Assembly: GCF_037042905.1 (NCBI RefSeq) | Contig: NC_087250.1 | Location: 15,564,001 to 15,628,000, forward strand | Source: Lytechinus pictus | Taxonomy: Eukaryota | Direction: 5' to 3' | Length of the DNA stretch: 64,000 bases | Shown: positions 26,813-40,954 of the stretch, piece after piece | Numbering within the stretch: position 1 is the first letter of the stretch | How the letters are laid out: every line of letters starts with the position of its first letter | Made by a program: the position numbers and the translations under genes | Notes under the pieces: generated by a model | What the model was told of the DNA's origin: nothing | Databases searched by the model: none | The model's input: the letters and a program-made list of their open reading frames with translations, nothing else

Positions 26813-29800
26813 TAGTAGAGCGGATTAGCTCCAAAAATCACAACAATTGTGCAAATTTTGACTAAAGCATGAAACTTTCACAAGTATTAGTATATGCCGT
26901 AAGATTTATTTTAAAGGTGGGAGGTAAATTTTAAAATGCCATTTTCGGCCGTTGCCATGGCAACGGATTAATTTCTCAAAAATGACATACATTCCCATGT
27001 AAATGGTAAATAAACATGATATAGATGACCAAAATGATAATTTTCAAGTTCCCAATTGAATATATATAAAATTTAGAAACATTCAAAATTAACAAGATAG
27101 TTCCAATTGGTCTGTTGCCATGGCAACGGCTTGTTTTTCCCCAGAAAAATAAAAAAATTGATAAAAAAAACGTAGAATAGGATTTATCTTTAATTTCCCC
27201 TAATTTTACAGTGTTAAACAATTATATTTTGGTTGCTCAATGTATAAACTACATCTCAAGCCATTGCCATGACAACCAAATAACATCTAATTTACAAAAA
27301 TAACATGGTAAACTAGACAATGGACAGGTGGAAAATACAACTGGAAATGACTTAATCTGTATGCTTAAGTTTTGACCCCCTCATTTGAACAAAAAATACA
27401 GAGTGTTCTGCAGGAGTTCTTTATAAAGATAAAACATTATGTTGCCTTGGTAATGCTTGAATTAAATTAAAAAAAAACGAATGTTGCAAAGATCCCGTTG
27501 CCATGGCAACAGCTTATTTCCCTCTAGAAAGGTAAAAATATTGATAAAAATATAGAATACATGTATGATCATCATTCCATTTTCAATATTTTTAAGGTAC
27601 TAATCGAAATATGATTGTGACTACATTTATAAATATAACATCTTAAGCCATTGCCATGGCAACCAGATAACATCTAATTAAAAAAAAACAGCAGGGATGA
27701 CAAGGCTATGGATAGGTGAGAAGTACAATGAAAATTAACTTATGTAATATGCATAAGGTTTGACCTACTCAATTAATTTAGGGGAAATAATACAGTGAGT
27801 GTTCTGCATGAACTAATTGGAATGATACAGATTGATGTTGCCTTGGTAATACTTGAATTCAACGATAAATAGCAATGTTGCAAATTGCCTGTTGCCATAG
27901 CAACGGATCATTTAGTACCAGCTTTTATTAAAAAAGGACTATAGAATCTGGTTTTTCTTGCATTTCCCCTAATCTTAGTGTGTTAAACATAGATATGTTT
28001 GATGCAAATTGTTTAAATAACATCTAAAGCTATTGCCATGGCAACCAAATGATATCTAATTCACAAAAAATATTAATTTGGATGACAAGATCATGGACAG
28101 GTGGAAATACAAATATAACTCAATATGCGAAAGCTTTGGCCAGTCATTTAATTTTGAACAAAAAATTCACTAAGTATTCTGCATGAGTTCATTAGAATAA
28201 TAAATTGATGTTGCCTTGGTAATACTTGAATTAAACGATAAATATTAGTAATTCAAATGTCCTGTTGCCATGGCAACAGCTCATTTCCCCCAGAAAAGTA
28301 TCAGCAGCTTTGATAAATAAAAACATGATAAAATCTGATTTTTCTTTCATTTCCCCTAAGTTAAGGGTGTTAGAAAATATATGTTTGCTGTTAATATGTA
28401 GATAACATCTTCAGCCATTGCCTTGGCAACCAATCAAGATGTAATTTATAAATACAAAAAAAAATACTGTTGAAATGATAATGGTCAGGTGGGATGTAAA
28501 ATAAAGGTTTACTTAAGCTACATAATGTTTGACCAGTCATTAAGTTTTGAACAAAAATTACAGTAAGTGTTCTGCATGAGTACAATAGCATGATAAAAAC
28601 TGATGCTGCCTTGGTAATGGTTGAATTTAATGATATCATTTTTTTGCAAATGTGTGTTCGGTTGCCATGGCTACGGATCATTTTCCCCCCCAAAAATACC
28701 ATCTTTGATAAAAAAAAAATACCTAGTAGAATCTTATTTTCATTCATTTCCACTAAGATTAGGGTGCCAAACATACACGTACATGTTTGTTGTTAAATGT
28801 ATAAATAACATTTTAAGGCGTTGAAATGGCAATAACATAACATTTCATTTTAAAAAAAACATAGCTGACAAGATAATGGACCGACGGAAAATACAATAAA
28901 ATTAACTGAATATGCGTAAGGTTTGACCTACTCTTTTAATTTTGAACAAAAGTTACATTAAGTGTTATGCATGATTTCATTAGGATGACAAAAATTACTT
29001 TTGTTTTGGTAATGCTTGAACATAATGATGAATATCAATGTTACAAATGGCTCCAGAAAAGTACAAATTTTGATAAAAATATGTTTATTTAGTTCCTTTT
29101 CCTTATAGGAGGTTGCTGAACATAAATATGCTAAATGATAAGCACCATCTTATTTCATAATACATGGCATCGAAATAAGACCTACAAAAATCACATCAGA
29201 CTTTTTTTGGCTCAAATAAATTCCCGAAACTCTAATTTCGATGCTGGACAATTACGTTCAAAGTATTCGCAGGCGGCCATTTTGAAGAAAGCGTTTTGGG
29301 GTAATTTGTGTTTTAAAGCTGTTCATCATATCAATATCTAAGGGGATTATAGGGGTTGATAAATCAAAATCTTAAGTCTATTTGAGGAGTAGACATGGTC
29401 TTGATATCCTAATCAAGGTAAATACAGTAAATCAACTTTTACATGGAGATCATGAAATCATGCCTTGTCCGACTGTTTTAGCATACTTGGCTTGAAATAC
29501 GATAGCAAAGCACTATTAGGCATCATCTGCCAGGATACACTCTTTAATTCCTGCATACAAATATCAGAAAATTGTTACTTTGTGAAAATTCCCATCATTT
29601 CTTTAAAAATTCATGAAAATTGCCGAAAATTTAAAAAAATCCCACAAAAGTCACGTTTATTCCCATGGAAAGTTTCCATCAAGAAAATTCCCGAGAATTT
29701 TGCAACCCGTCTCCCCCCCCCCCCTCCCAAAAAAGAAAAAAAATCATTATCAAGAAAAAATACAGAGAAAGTGAAAGAGAGATGGATAAAATATGATTAT

Positions 29801-32800
29801 TTTACGAATAATATACCAAAAATGAAAAATTTGTAAAATTTTGCTCTGTCGCTGGCTCGGTGAGAACATTTTAAAGTAAATTTTGCTTGATACGTCATAT
29901 CTGGCCCCCTTAAAATTGCACTGCTGATTTTGACGAAGAAAATGTTGTAATACTGTGATAATTTTTAAAGTAACATATGAATCTATTCAACGCCAAGTGT
30001 AATCTATTCACTGGTTATTTTACATGAAAAGTAGACTGGTCAAATAAGATAAAAAATACCTTTACTGGTTGAAAGGTTAAAAATAATTTAAGCACTCAAG
30101 GGTATTCCAAGATGGTGCCCTCAGTGGGTGCCATAGGCTAAAAATCCACAATTCATCCATTACTTGATAAAATTGCTTTAATTTGGTTTCTATTCATTGG
30201 TTTTAAGGATCAAGTAGTACATTGGACCAAGTTACAGGGAAAGCCAGTGGTCTGGAATGTCCAAAAATCTAAGATGGCTTCAAAAAAATTGAATCTAAAA
30301 TGGTTGCTGATACCTAAAGCGGACATAGCTCATTTCATATTGGCCTGGAGGATGATATTTTGGTGTCTAAATCATTGGTTTCAAGAGTCTAACAATATTA
30401 GTACAAGTTACAATGACAGTCAGGTATATTCGAAAATCCAATATGCCTTCCAAAAACTATTCTAAAATGGCTGCTGATACTTAAAAGTGGAATAGCTCCT
30501 TTTATATTCACCTGTGAGATATGATTTTGGTGTCTAAACCATAGTTTCAAAAGTGAAATAATAAATTAGGACATAGTTTGTTCAATATCTGTCTGGGGAA
30601 TATGATTTTGATGTCTAAACCATCATCATGAAACCATGGTTTAATGCATTAGAACAAGTTACAAGGACAACCAATGGACTGGTATGTTAACAAATCCAAG
30701 ATGGCCTCCAAAATGGGGTCTAAATTGACTGTTGTTACTTCAAAATGGACATATAATTCGTTAATAATACACATTGGGGATATGATTTTGGTGTCTACAC
30801 TAGTGTTTCAAGGGTCAACTAATACTGTACATTGTGTCAAGTTGAATAAACAGTCAGGTGTCAATATTGTGTCCAAAAATTCAAAGATTGTTTGAAAAAT
30901 GGGGGTTTTAATGTTACTTAAAAGTGGACATAGTACATTAAAAAAATACTCCTGAGGATGTTATTTTGGTGTCTACATTAGGATTTCAAGGATCAAATGA
31001 TGCGTTGGGACTGGTTACAATGATGTATAGTTGTCCATTTTGCCTGAAAATCCAAGATGGCTTCAATGAATGGGTTAAAAAATGACGACTGTTACTTTGA
31101 AGTGGATATGATATCCACTTGTGAGAATCTACCTTGGATTTTGGACAAAATTGAAAACTAACCATCCTTGTTACTTGTCCTAATGTAATAGTGGACCCTT
31201 CATACCACAGTGTAGACACCAAAATTGTTTCTGACAGGTTGTATGAACTCTGATATTTTTTGAGTGATAGAAGTCATTTTAGATGCCATTTTGGTCACCC
31301 TCTTGGATTTTTAGGCAATTTGGACAACTGGATATCATTGTAACAAGTCTAAACGTATTTTTCGAAACTGTAAACCAAAGTTTGAACACCAAAATCATTT
31401 TTCCTTGGTTGACTTTCAATGAACTATGTCATTTTTTAAGCAACAGACTCCAATTAAACCCCGATTGTTTGAAGCCATCTTGGATGTTTAGACATATTGG
31501 ATTACTCACTGTCCTTGTAACTTGTTCCATGTCATGATGTATTTACTGACTTTTAAAACCATGGTTTAGATATCAAAATAATATGCCATTGGCAGATATT
31601 ACACAAAATATGTCAATTTTTTTGTAACAGGGCTTTTCTATAATCCATTTTTTGAAGCCACCTTGGATTTTTGTCATACTTGACCACTGACTGTTCTTGT
31701 AACTTGTCCTAATGTATAGTTTGACACATTTCACCATGGCATAAACTTATTCCAGGATATTAAACAAACTACGTTTTTAAATGCAGCAACAACAATTTTG
31801 GACTCCATTTTGGAAGCCATCTTGGATTTTTTTTTAATATACTGGACAACTGACTGTCCGTGTAACTTGTCATAGTGTATTACTTGGCCATTGAAACCAT
31901 GGTCTAGACACCAAATCATATATCCCAGACGGATATGAAATAAGCTATGTCCATTTATATATCAACAGCCATTTCAAACTCCATTTTCTCAGGGTCTTGG
32001 ACACATCAGACCACTGGCTGTCCTTGTAACTAGTCACAATATACTACTTCACCCTTAAAACCATTGCATAGAAACCCCATTAAGCCACTGAAATTAGATG
32101 TCATTTGGTTGTCATGGCAATGGCATAAGTTATTTGTATATCAACAGCAAACATAATGCTTTGCACTCTAAAATTAGGGTAAATTTATGACAAAATGCAG
32201 ATTCTAAACTGTTTTTCGATCAAATTTGGTACTTTATACGGGAAAAAAGGAGTCATTGCCATGGCAACGGGCTATATGTAACAGTGATATTTATCATTAA
32301 ATTCAAGCATTACCAAGGTAACCTCAAATTTTATCATTCTAATGAACTAATGCGAACCACTGTAATCTTTGTTCAAAATTAATTGACTGGGTCAAACCTT
32401 GAGTTAATAGATTGCATTTTCCACCTGTCCATTATCATGTCAACCATGTTATTTTTTTCAAATTAGATGTTATTTGGTTGCCATGACAATGGCTTAATTA
32501 AGATGTAATTTGAATGTTAACAGGAAACATATCCACTCTTACCCTAAAATTAGGGGAAATGAAAGGAAAAAATCAGATTCTACAGATTTTCTGATCAAAA
32601 CTGGTACTTTTCTTGGGGAAATGAGTAGTTGCTATGGCAACAGGTCATTTGCAACGTTGATGTTTATCGAATTCAAGTATTACCAAGGCAACATCAATGT
32701 TTATCATTCTAATTAGTTCATGCAGTCATTGTAACACTCATTGTATTGTTTCCCCTAGATTAATTGAGGTCAATCCTGATGCATACAGTGATGCACATCA

Positions 32801-33721
32801 AGTTAATTTTCATTTTTTTTCACCTGTCCATATCCTTGTCATCCATGTTTTTTTTTTAATTAGATGTTATCTGGTTGCCATGGCAATGGCTTAAGATGTT
32901 ATATTTATAAATTTAGTCACAAATATATCTCGATTAGTACCTTAAAATTATTGAAAATGGAAAGATGATCATACATGTCTGTATTCTACATTCTTATCAA
33001 TATTTTTACCTTTCTAGAGGGAAATAAGCTGTTGCCATGGCAACGGGCCCTTTGCAACATTCGTTTTTTAAAATTTAATTCAAGCATTACCAAGGCAACA
33101 TAATGTTTTATCTTTATAAAGAACTCCTGCAGAACACTTTCTGTATTTTTTGTTCAAATGAGGGGGTCAAAACTTAAGCTTACAGATTAAGTCATTTCCA
33201 GTTGTATTTTCCACCTGTCCATTGTCTTGTTAACCATGTTATTTTTGTAAATTGATGTTATTTGGTTGCCATGGCAATGACTTGAGATGCAGTTTATACA
33301 TTGAGCAACCAAAATATAATTGTTTAACACTGTAAAATTAGGGGAAATTAAAGATAAATCCTATTCTACAACGTTTTTTTAATCAATTTTTTAATTTTTC
33401 TGGGGAAAAACAAGTCGTTGCCATGGCAACGGACCAATTGGAACTATCTTGTTAATTTTGAATGTTTCTAAATTTTATATATATTCAATTGGGAACTTGA
33501 AAATTATCATTTTGGTCATCTATATCATGTTTATTTACCATTTACATGGGAATGTATGTCATTTTCGAGAAATTAATCCGTTGCCATGGCAACGGCCGAA
33601 AATGGCATTTTAAAATTTACCTCCCATCTTTAAAATAAATCTTACGGCATATACTTATACTTGTGAAAGTTTCATGCTTTAGTCAAAATTTGCACAATTG
33701 TTCGGCTAATCCGCTCTACTA
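26813..33721. mobile_element. 6.9-kb non-autonomous foldback DNA transposon, Academ-like
   Basis: TAGTAGAGCGGATTAGC...GCTAATCCGCTCTACTA termini, 3-bp TSD CAT, ~1.6-kb inverted arms built from ~385-bp units, no transposase ORF. Confidence 0.85.
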
Positions 33722-33957
33722 CATAGGGAAAACAGTGATATATGAAACAAAATGATGTGTTCAAAGACACCAAACTTTTTTTTCATACTGAAACAACAAC
33801 GACTTCTAGCTCGATAATCTATATAATTTTATGAAAAGTTATCATGATTTAGCACACATATCGACATACTTGCATGTCATGTCATGTTTATAAGGATATG
33901 TTTGTAGGCATATGGGTCTATAATGTAGATAAAAGTGGGGAGGACCTGCCCGTCGCA

Positions 33958-35745
33958 AAATTCAATTCAATTTTATTTTCCACAGATTGATTCAAAACAT
34001 ACAATATCAGTACAATCGAATACATACATAGATAATAACAATACAAGTATAAATAGTTACAATATATTAGATAAAAAGACATAAGATCAAAATGTGGAGG
34101 GGATTGACAAAGGCCATATTGATCTATCAAGGTCAATCCCCAAAGGAAGAAAAAAAAATGGAATACATGAATTACATATGGAAAAAAAAGATACTTGACC
34201 TCAAAACCACAGATAAAGCAAAAGAAAGTAAAAGACTAATAAAGGGGAGGGAGAGGCAAATATAAAACTACCTTGAGGAGTAAGAAGGGAAAGTTTATAT
34301 TTTCGTTTGAAAGACAGGAGTGTGGGGGAATGTTTGAGTTCATTCGATAAAGAATTCCAAAGTTTGGGTCCGATATATTGAATAGTGTTTCGTGAAAATG
34401 TGTATTTGAAATTTGGAATAAAGAGATAATTAGCTTGTCTGGTTAGACGACCAGTAAGTGATTTATTTTGTACAAAAAAAATTATTAAGAAAGTTTGGCA
34501 AGAGATTATTGTAATAAGAGTACATAAATATAGCAGTTTGTTGATTATTAATTTGATCTATAATTATAGTAAGTATTTTATATTTGGCAAAATGGTGCTG
34601 TATGTGAACGAGGGTTAGAGTTTGTGATAATTCTTAATGCACGTTTTTGAAGTATTCTTAGTCTACTCAGATGGCAATCAGAACAATTTCCCCAAACAAT
34701 ATTACAATAGTTAAAATGAGGTAAAATCATTGTATAATACAGATTAAGAAGGATATTCAAAGGTAATATAAGTTTAAGTCTGTTCATGACACCTAATGTT
34801 TTTGCTACTTTACAAGACACGCTGTTAATATGTTCTTTCCAAGTAAATTTTTCATCTATGGTAATCCCAAAAAAATTAGTAAAATGAACAAATGGAATAT
34901 TACAACCATTGATACTTACATCTATTTCATTACAATTTATATTTCTATTTTTAGGTTGGAATAACATACAAAAAGTTTTATCAAGATTTAATTTAAGTCT
35001 ATTTGCTAAAAACCATGAATTGACCTTAGATAATTCAGTAGAGAGTGTGTTATTTAGCTTCTGTACGTTGTCCCCTGTTAAAAATAAATTAGTGTCATCT
35101 TAAAAAACAATTGGTTTGAGTATATCACTAACATATTGAATATCATTAACGTATAAAAGAAAAAGTAACGGGCCCAATACTGATCCCCGGGGTACGCCTA
35201 AAGAAATTGATTTTATTTCAGAGGATACATTATCAATTGATACATACTGGACTCTATTACTTTAATAACTTACAAACCAATCCAAGCAAGAACCTCTAAT
35301 TCCATAGAATTTCAGTTTTTCTATTAAAATATTGTGATTGATATACAATCAAACACCTTTGATAAATCTAAAAATATTCCGATCAAAAATTGCATATTTT
35401 CAAACGTTTCAGAAATGGTATTCATAAAATCAAGTAATGCCTTATACGAAGAATATTTTTTCCTAAAACCATATTGTCTATTATACAAAATATTATTACT
35501 ACATTATAGAAATGACATGAGGCGAGTATAAACAATTTTTTTCAAAACTCTTAGAAAATGTAGAGAGTACTGATATTGGACGGTAGTTATTTAATACACA
35601 TTTATCCCCTTTCTTGTAGACAGGAATAACTTTCGCTAACTTAAGCTTACTTGGAAAAATCCCGTTTTGTAAAGACCAATTAAAAATATTGCACAAAGGT
35701 TTTACAAATAATAAAATAGTCTTTTTAATAATGTCAACGTCTATG
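33958..35745 (-). mobile_element. Degenerate LINE (CR1/L2 group) RT
   Basis: NYRPISVLS, GVPRGSVLGPLLF, ILQKRALRIIT; (ttgaa)n tail at ~33960. Confidence 0.88.
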
Positions 35746-36634
35746 TAAATGCATTTAATAACTTTTTCGCTGATGTTGGGAATTACATTGAAAGAACATT
35801 ACCAGTTGCACAGAATCATTTGTCAGAGTTCCTTCCTAAGAAATATCATATACATTCTATATTCATGAATTCCATTGTAAGCAAACATCACACCTTTCAA
35901 AAAAAAAAATTATAACTGCATTCATGAGTGTCTGTAAAAAATACAAGAAATTTGAACAATTTATTATTTTACAAAATGGACGAGTCGCCGTCATTTTCTG
36001 GAATTCCGAGCAAATGACCTCTAGCCATGCAAGGTATGTTGCTACCTTGGACATGTTTTTGATATTACATCATCAACCTACATCCAGTCACAGCAAACTG
36101 GAAGATCAAGTGGTGGACGGACTTGCCCCGGGGCGGATTAGCCAAGCTCTCCCCTACTTTATTTTTCCTTGTTTTAGAATATATCTTTCTTCATATTCCT
36201 TGTAATTTAGGGGGCCTATTCTATGCTCCTTATTAAAACAGAGAGATTATAATAGGAAATGAAAGGAGAAAAAAAGAAAGGGAAAAGGAAAAAAAAACTT
36301 AAAGTGTATGATGTCTACATGTAAATAATTGTTATCATTATTTACCCCCCCCCCTTCATTTTAAGAATCTTTGCACTATTGAGTTAGGTTTGAGGTACGA
36401 TTTTACTACATTAATGGAGCAGATCGAAGAGAAGAAGAGAGAGGGAGAGAAAAAAATTGTACAAAATCACCTTCATGGTCATCTTAAAAAACTTACTCTC
36501 TTCTTCTTCGATTTAACAATAGAATTTGCACCATTTCATTTATGAAAGCCCTTATTTTAGTTGCCCCCATACATTTCGAATTATCCAATGTATATAAATT
36601 TCCCCATTTTTTTCAAAGTGGATTCAACCGGTTT

Positions 36635-37543
36635 CAGGGGCGGCGTACAGGGGGGGGGGTCTGGGGCACAGTGCCCTCCCCACTTTTTGAAGCACGGAAA
36701 AGTGCCCTTTTTACGCAAGAAAAATGCCCCCTTACGAACGTTTACAGTGCCCCTTTCATCGGAAGAGGACCCGTTTTAAATGTTTCCAAGTGCCCTTTTT
36801 TCGTATAGTGCCAATATTCCCCAAAATGCGCATGTCCTCCTCATTCACCCGAGAAAGACCCGTTTTATGTGTTTGCATGTGCCATATTTCGTATCAGTGC
36901 CACATTTTACCAAAAAATCCCCCCCCCCCCCCCGGCCTCCCCTCAGATCGTGTTCTGTGCCGGCCCCTTTCACCTGAGGGACCCGTTTTATGTCTGAGCG
37001 GCAAGTTCCATTTTGCCATCTTGGTGCATGCCCTTTCTCGTATCAGTGCCCCCTTTTACCCAAGCAAAGTGCCCTTCACGAACATATCTTGTGCCCCTTT
37101 CACCTGAGAAGGATCAATTTCATGCCGTTAGCAAGTGCTCTTTTGCCATCTTATGCCCTTTCTCGTACGTATCAGTGCCTCTTTTTACCTAAGAAAAGTG
37201 CCCCCATGAACGTGTTCTGCATGTGCATGCCGGCCCCTTTCACCTGAGAAGGACCAGTTTTGTGTTAACGAGTGCCCCTTTGCCTTCTAATAGGTGCCTG
37301 ACCTTCATATATCAAGTTGTACGGGAAAAAAAACACTTCTTTCATGCCCGATCAAGCGCCCGGTTTCTTTATTTAAAGCCGTTCTGCTTCCTTCTGCAAG
37401 TAAAAATGAAAAAAATTGTCAAAATAATCCTACGTGCCTTAAGTTTCATGAGTCATGTGAGTGTGGTAGAAAACTGAGAAGTGCAACTGAAATGCCCTTT
37501 TTTCCCTGTGCCCTCCACTTTCAACTTCGCTCCACCGCCACTG
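36635..37543. mobile_element. hAT-like non-autonomous element with internal gtgccctt tandem repeats
   Basis: caggggcgg...ccgccactg; 8-bp TSD accggttt/actggttt. Confidence 0.75.
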
Positions 37544-37587
37544 ACTGGTTTTAGTAGGGAAATTGGAACAAATTGAAATGCAGTTGT

Positions 37588-38818
37588 CAAGCGCGCGTAG
37601 CCAGGATTTCATTTTGGAAGGGGCGGTAAATGCACACGAAGCGCGCTCCTAGCTAGGGGTGGGTGCAGGGAGGGGAGTTTCTCCCCCTTTCGATCTTTCA
37701 TCAAATAAAAATGAAAAGGAGCCGTCTCTCTTGTCCCTGGTACCTATATCAGCTCCAATTCAGTTGACTTTATTGTGATTTTGAACAGCTTTTTTTCAAA
37801 AGTTTTTGTGAACGCTCAAAAAAGAGATAAAATGGAGGTAATTAAAATAATAATCATTCCGCTCAAAGCGCGGAAGCTATAAAGCGTTTTATTAATTTCT
37901 TGGAAAAGGAAAGGGTCCCTGGAAAAGGGTATTTTCTAAGCTTATATTGGATGCTTCCCTTGGAAAGATCAGATTTGATTACAAACAATTTAGCGACAGT
38001 GTATATCTTTAACTCGCAAAACAGAGGAGAAGAAGGATATATGCCGGAGGAAGATATTCCTTCCCGCGCAGAGCAATGAAACTCATTCAAAGGGCGGACG
38101 TTTCATCAAATACAGATATCTCTACCAAATCGGCTCTAATTCACTTGGTTTTCTAAGATAAATGAACTTTATTACAATTAAGAAAAATAGAGCCCCAAAA
38201 GTGTTGAAAATTCTGTGATTTACTGATTCGGAAATGATATAATTGTGTAAAGGATCATATGTGTAATTTCTTTGACTCATCCTGAAGCGCTTCATTTTGA
38301 ATGATTAAGAAACTGATGAGTGTCATGAGGGCGCAAAAAAAGACAGGAGATGAATTATGTCCTATGGGAAATTACATGAAGTTTCATAGAATTTGAGAAA
38401 TATTTTGTATTTAAAAAAAAATCTAATATACGACAAGAATTAAATGAGGAACATGTTTGGCCCCTATAATTATGGTTATAATGAGCTGAAAAGCGCGAGA
38501 ATTGGCTATTATGGGGGTGACTATAGGCCCTAAAGATTTACCCGCCCGGGGCCGACCCGACCAGAAGTGTGGAAATGTTGCGTGATCAATGTTAAAAAAA
38601 CAGATGACTTAATACTTCGGCCTATATAGGCCTTACTCAAAAATGTTAAGGCAATTAATTCTAAATTTACCAATAAAAGAATAACCCACAAAGCTTCCTT
38701 TCTTCCCTTTCCTCCCTTCGCCTTTATTCCCCTTCTTTTTTGTGGACTTTTTTTTTTTTTGGGGGGGGGGGGGGGCGACCGCGCCCCCGGCCCCCTGTCC
38801 TGGCTACGTACTTGCCTG
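37588..38818. mobile_element. hAT-like non-autonomous element
   Basis: cgtagccagga/tcctggctacg subterminal inverted repeat; 8-bp TSD gcagttgt/gcagttgc. Confidence 0.65.
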
Positions 38819-39004
38819 GCAGTTGCCTATTTGGTTTCAACTGGAACCAATTGAAACCAATTGACAACTAGCAACTGCCAACTAGTGGTTCCAGTTGCCC
38901 AATTGGTTTTAACTGGAAGTCTGGAACCATGAAATTGTCAACTGGTTTCAATTGGAACAGTTAAATAATTTCCCTATTTAAACCAGTTGGCCATGCAACT
39001 TCAT

Positions 39005-39174
39005 CAGGGGCCGCGGAACGGTTTTCAAAGTGGGGGGCTGAGCCAAAAGTGGGGGGGGGGGGGGCTGACCATGCTAAAAATCACAATCATATGGTCATTT
39101 TTAAGTTTTTGTACACGGTTTTGGAAAAAAGTGGGGGGCTGAAGCCCCCCCCCCCCCCGGTTCCGCGGCCCCTG
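39005..39174. mobile_element. MITE with CAG termini and 5-bp TSD
   Basis: caggggccgcggaac/gttccgcggcccctg; ttcat on both sides. Confidence 0.75.
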
Positions 39175-40409
39175 TTCATGGCTTCAATTGGTTTATTTGC
39201 TCTGCATGTAGTTGGTTTCAACTGGATTTTGGTCTTGGGGAAAGAATCGAGGGGGGAAAATAGTAAGGAGTTTGCGTTGAAGTAAAAAAAGAATGACTGG
39301 TCGCCATTATACCCAACAAACAACAACAGCAGATTGTCTGCAAGTTCGTAAGGGGAGGGGGGGGGGGGGGTCTCAATTGAATTAATCCTATTCCGTCTGG
39401 GTATTTTTCATACGCCCTGTATATCTTGGATTGCTGACGTCATTTCAAGGGCAGCTGAGGTCTTTGGAGTCAATTTGAATCATAAACTAAGCGTGTAAAG
39501 ATCGATAGGTTTTTTTTTTAAAGTTAGATAGTAATAAATCGCAAAATGAAAAAAAAAGATTATTAATATATTTTAAAAGATTGAAAAAGTCATTAAAAAT
39601 TTATGAATTCAACATGCGATTGATCATTGATTTTTATTTCACCCTTTTAGTCATTGAATCATTACATTTTATTTATCTTATCAAATTGGCAATGTCATTA
39701 AAGCTGTAGTATTGAAGAACATCGGCCGTATTCACGTAAGGATTTTTCTCATTAAATGCCTCGTTTGCTTTATTAACGTCATTAGCATCAATAGAACCAC
39801 GAACATTTTAATCTTCAAAACTGTATGCATGAATATGAGGTACATTTTACATGAGAAATGTCTTGTAGATGTAGTGAAATGCTGATTTATGTCTTCAATT
39901 CCTTGTGACTGTTGTGTTGATAAATAAAACCCGACGATGTCGATGAGTAGAATTTGGCCCGGCCCGATGTATGATGAGTGGAAAAGGCATTCAGAGCCTA
40001 GCCTGTGGGCCGGTGGTGCTGTGCAGCTCAGAAAGTGTACGGCCATGAGGGTCAGAATGGTATGGTTTATAAGTGTGTGAAACTAGTGTTTATCATTAGA
40101 GTTTTACTAGACTAAAAAATCAGTCTATTTCTGTCAGACGGTCGGTGATATATAGGCCTAGGCCTAGGCCTAAGTAATAGTATACCCAGTTATGTGTCCG
40201 GACGATCAATTTTAGAAAGTCATTTGGAAGAATTTACAAGTTAAGTTTCATCAATTTTTAGTACAAAACGTTAGGAAATATTATAGAGAACAAAATAGAA
40301 GATGATTACAACTATTGAATTCATATTTTTTTGTGTAATCCAACTTTTAGACAAAAAAGAAGGCTTCAAAAATATAAAGTGTCCGGACACCCGACCCCCC
40401 ATCCTACAT

Positions 40410-40412
40410 CTC

Positions 40413-40443
<31 letters not shown>

Positions 40444-40935
40444 TCGACCAAAAAAGTAGTAGGTATGTGCCGCGGGCGAGACCAAAAACGGGGGCCTTGG
40501 AACGGGTTTATTGTAAAAAAGAGGGTCCTCGGAATGGGCTTCGGAACTACAAATGTTTGTGAAAACGGGAGTCCTTGGAACGGGTCGCCTGCGTGTGCAT
40601 CCCAATGGAACGGGCATGCAGCTAGCACGGCGCACGGCCGCCGGGTGCGCTCGCGCAGAGGCGATGGTTGGACAGCGCTCTGCGGCCGCTTTTCACCAAA
40701 AATTGCTGGAACGACGTAACGGAAAATATGCAAAGCTTTGGAGCGGAGTCGGTCTTCTTTTTTCTCGATAAGAAGAAAATGCTATGCTTTGGAGCGGCTT
40801 TCTTTGTTCTTTTTCTCAATAAGACAAAAATGCTATGCCTTGGAACGGAAATTTGAGTGTGAAAATGGGGGTCCCCTCCGCGGCACATACCCACTATGCA
40901 TTATAAACTGAGTGCCCCCCCCCCCCCCCCCCGGG
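40410..40935. mobile_element. polyG/polyC-terminated MITE (EnSpm-like)
   Basis: cggg(G)n gcactc..gtatgtgccgcgg / ccgcggcacatac..gagtgc(C)n ggg. Confidence 0.7.
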
Positions 40936-40954
40936 ATATACATGTACCGGTATG

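Noticed and set aside
39700..40060. SHOC2 promoter or non-coding first exon
   Set aside because: Plausible donor near 40058 but no decisive sequence evidence
40302..40894. Cluster of GC-rich overlapping ORFs
   Set aside because: They lie within a polyG/polyC MITE and resemble no recognisable protein
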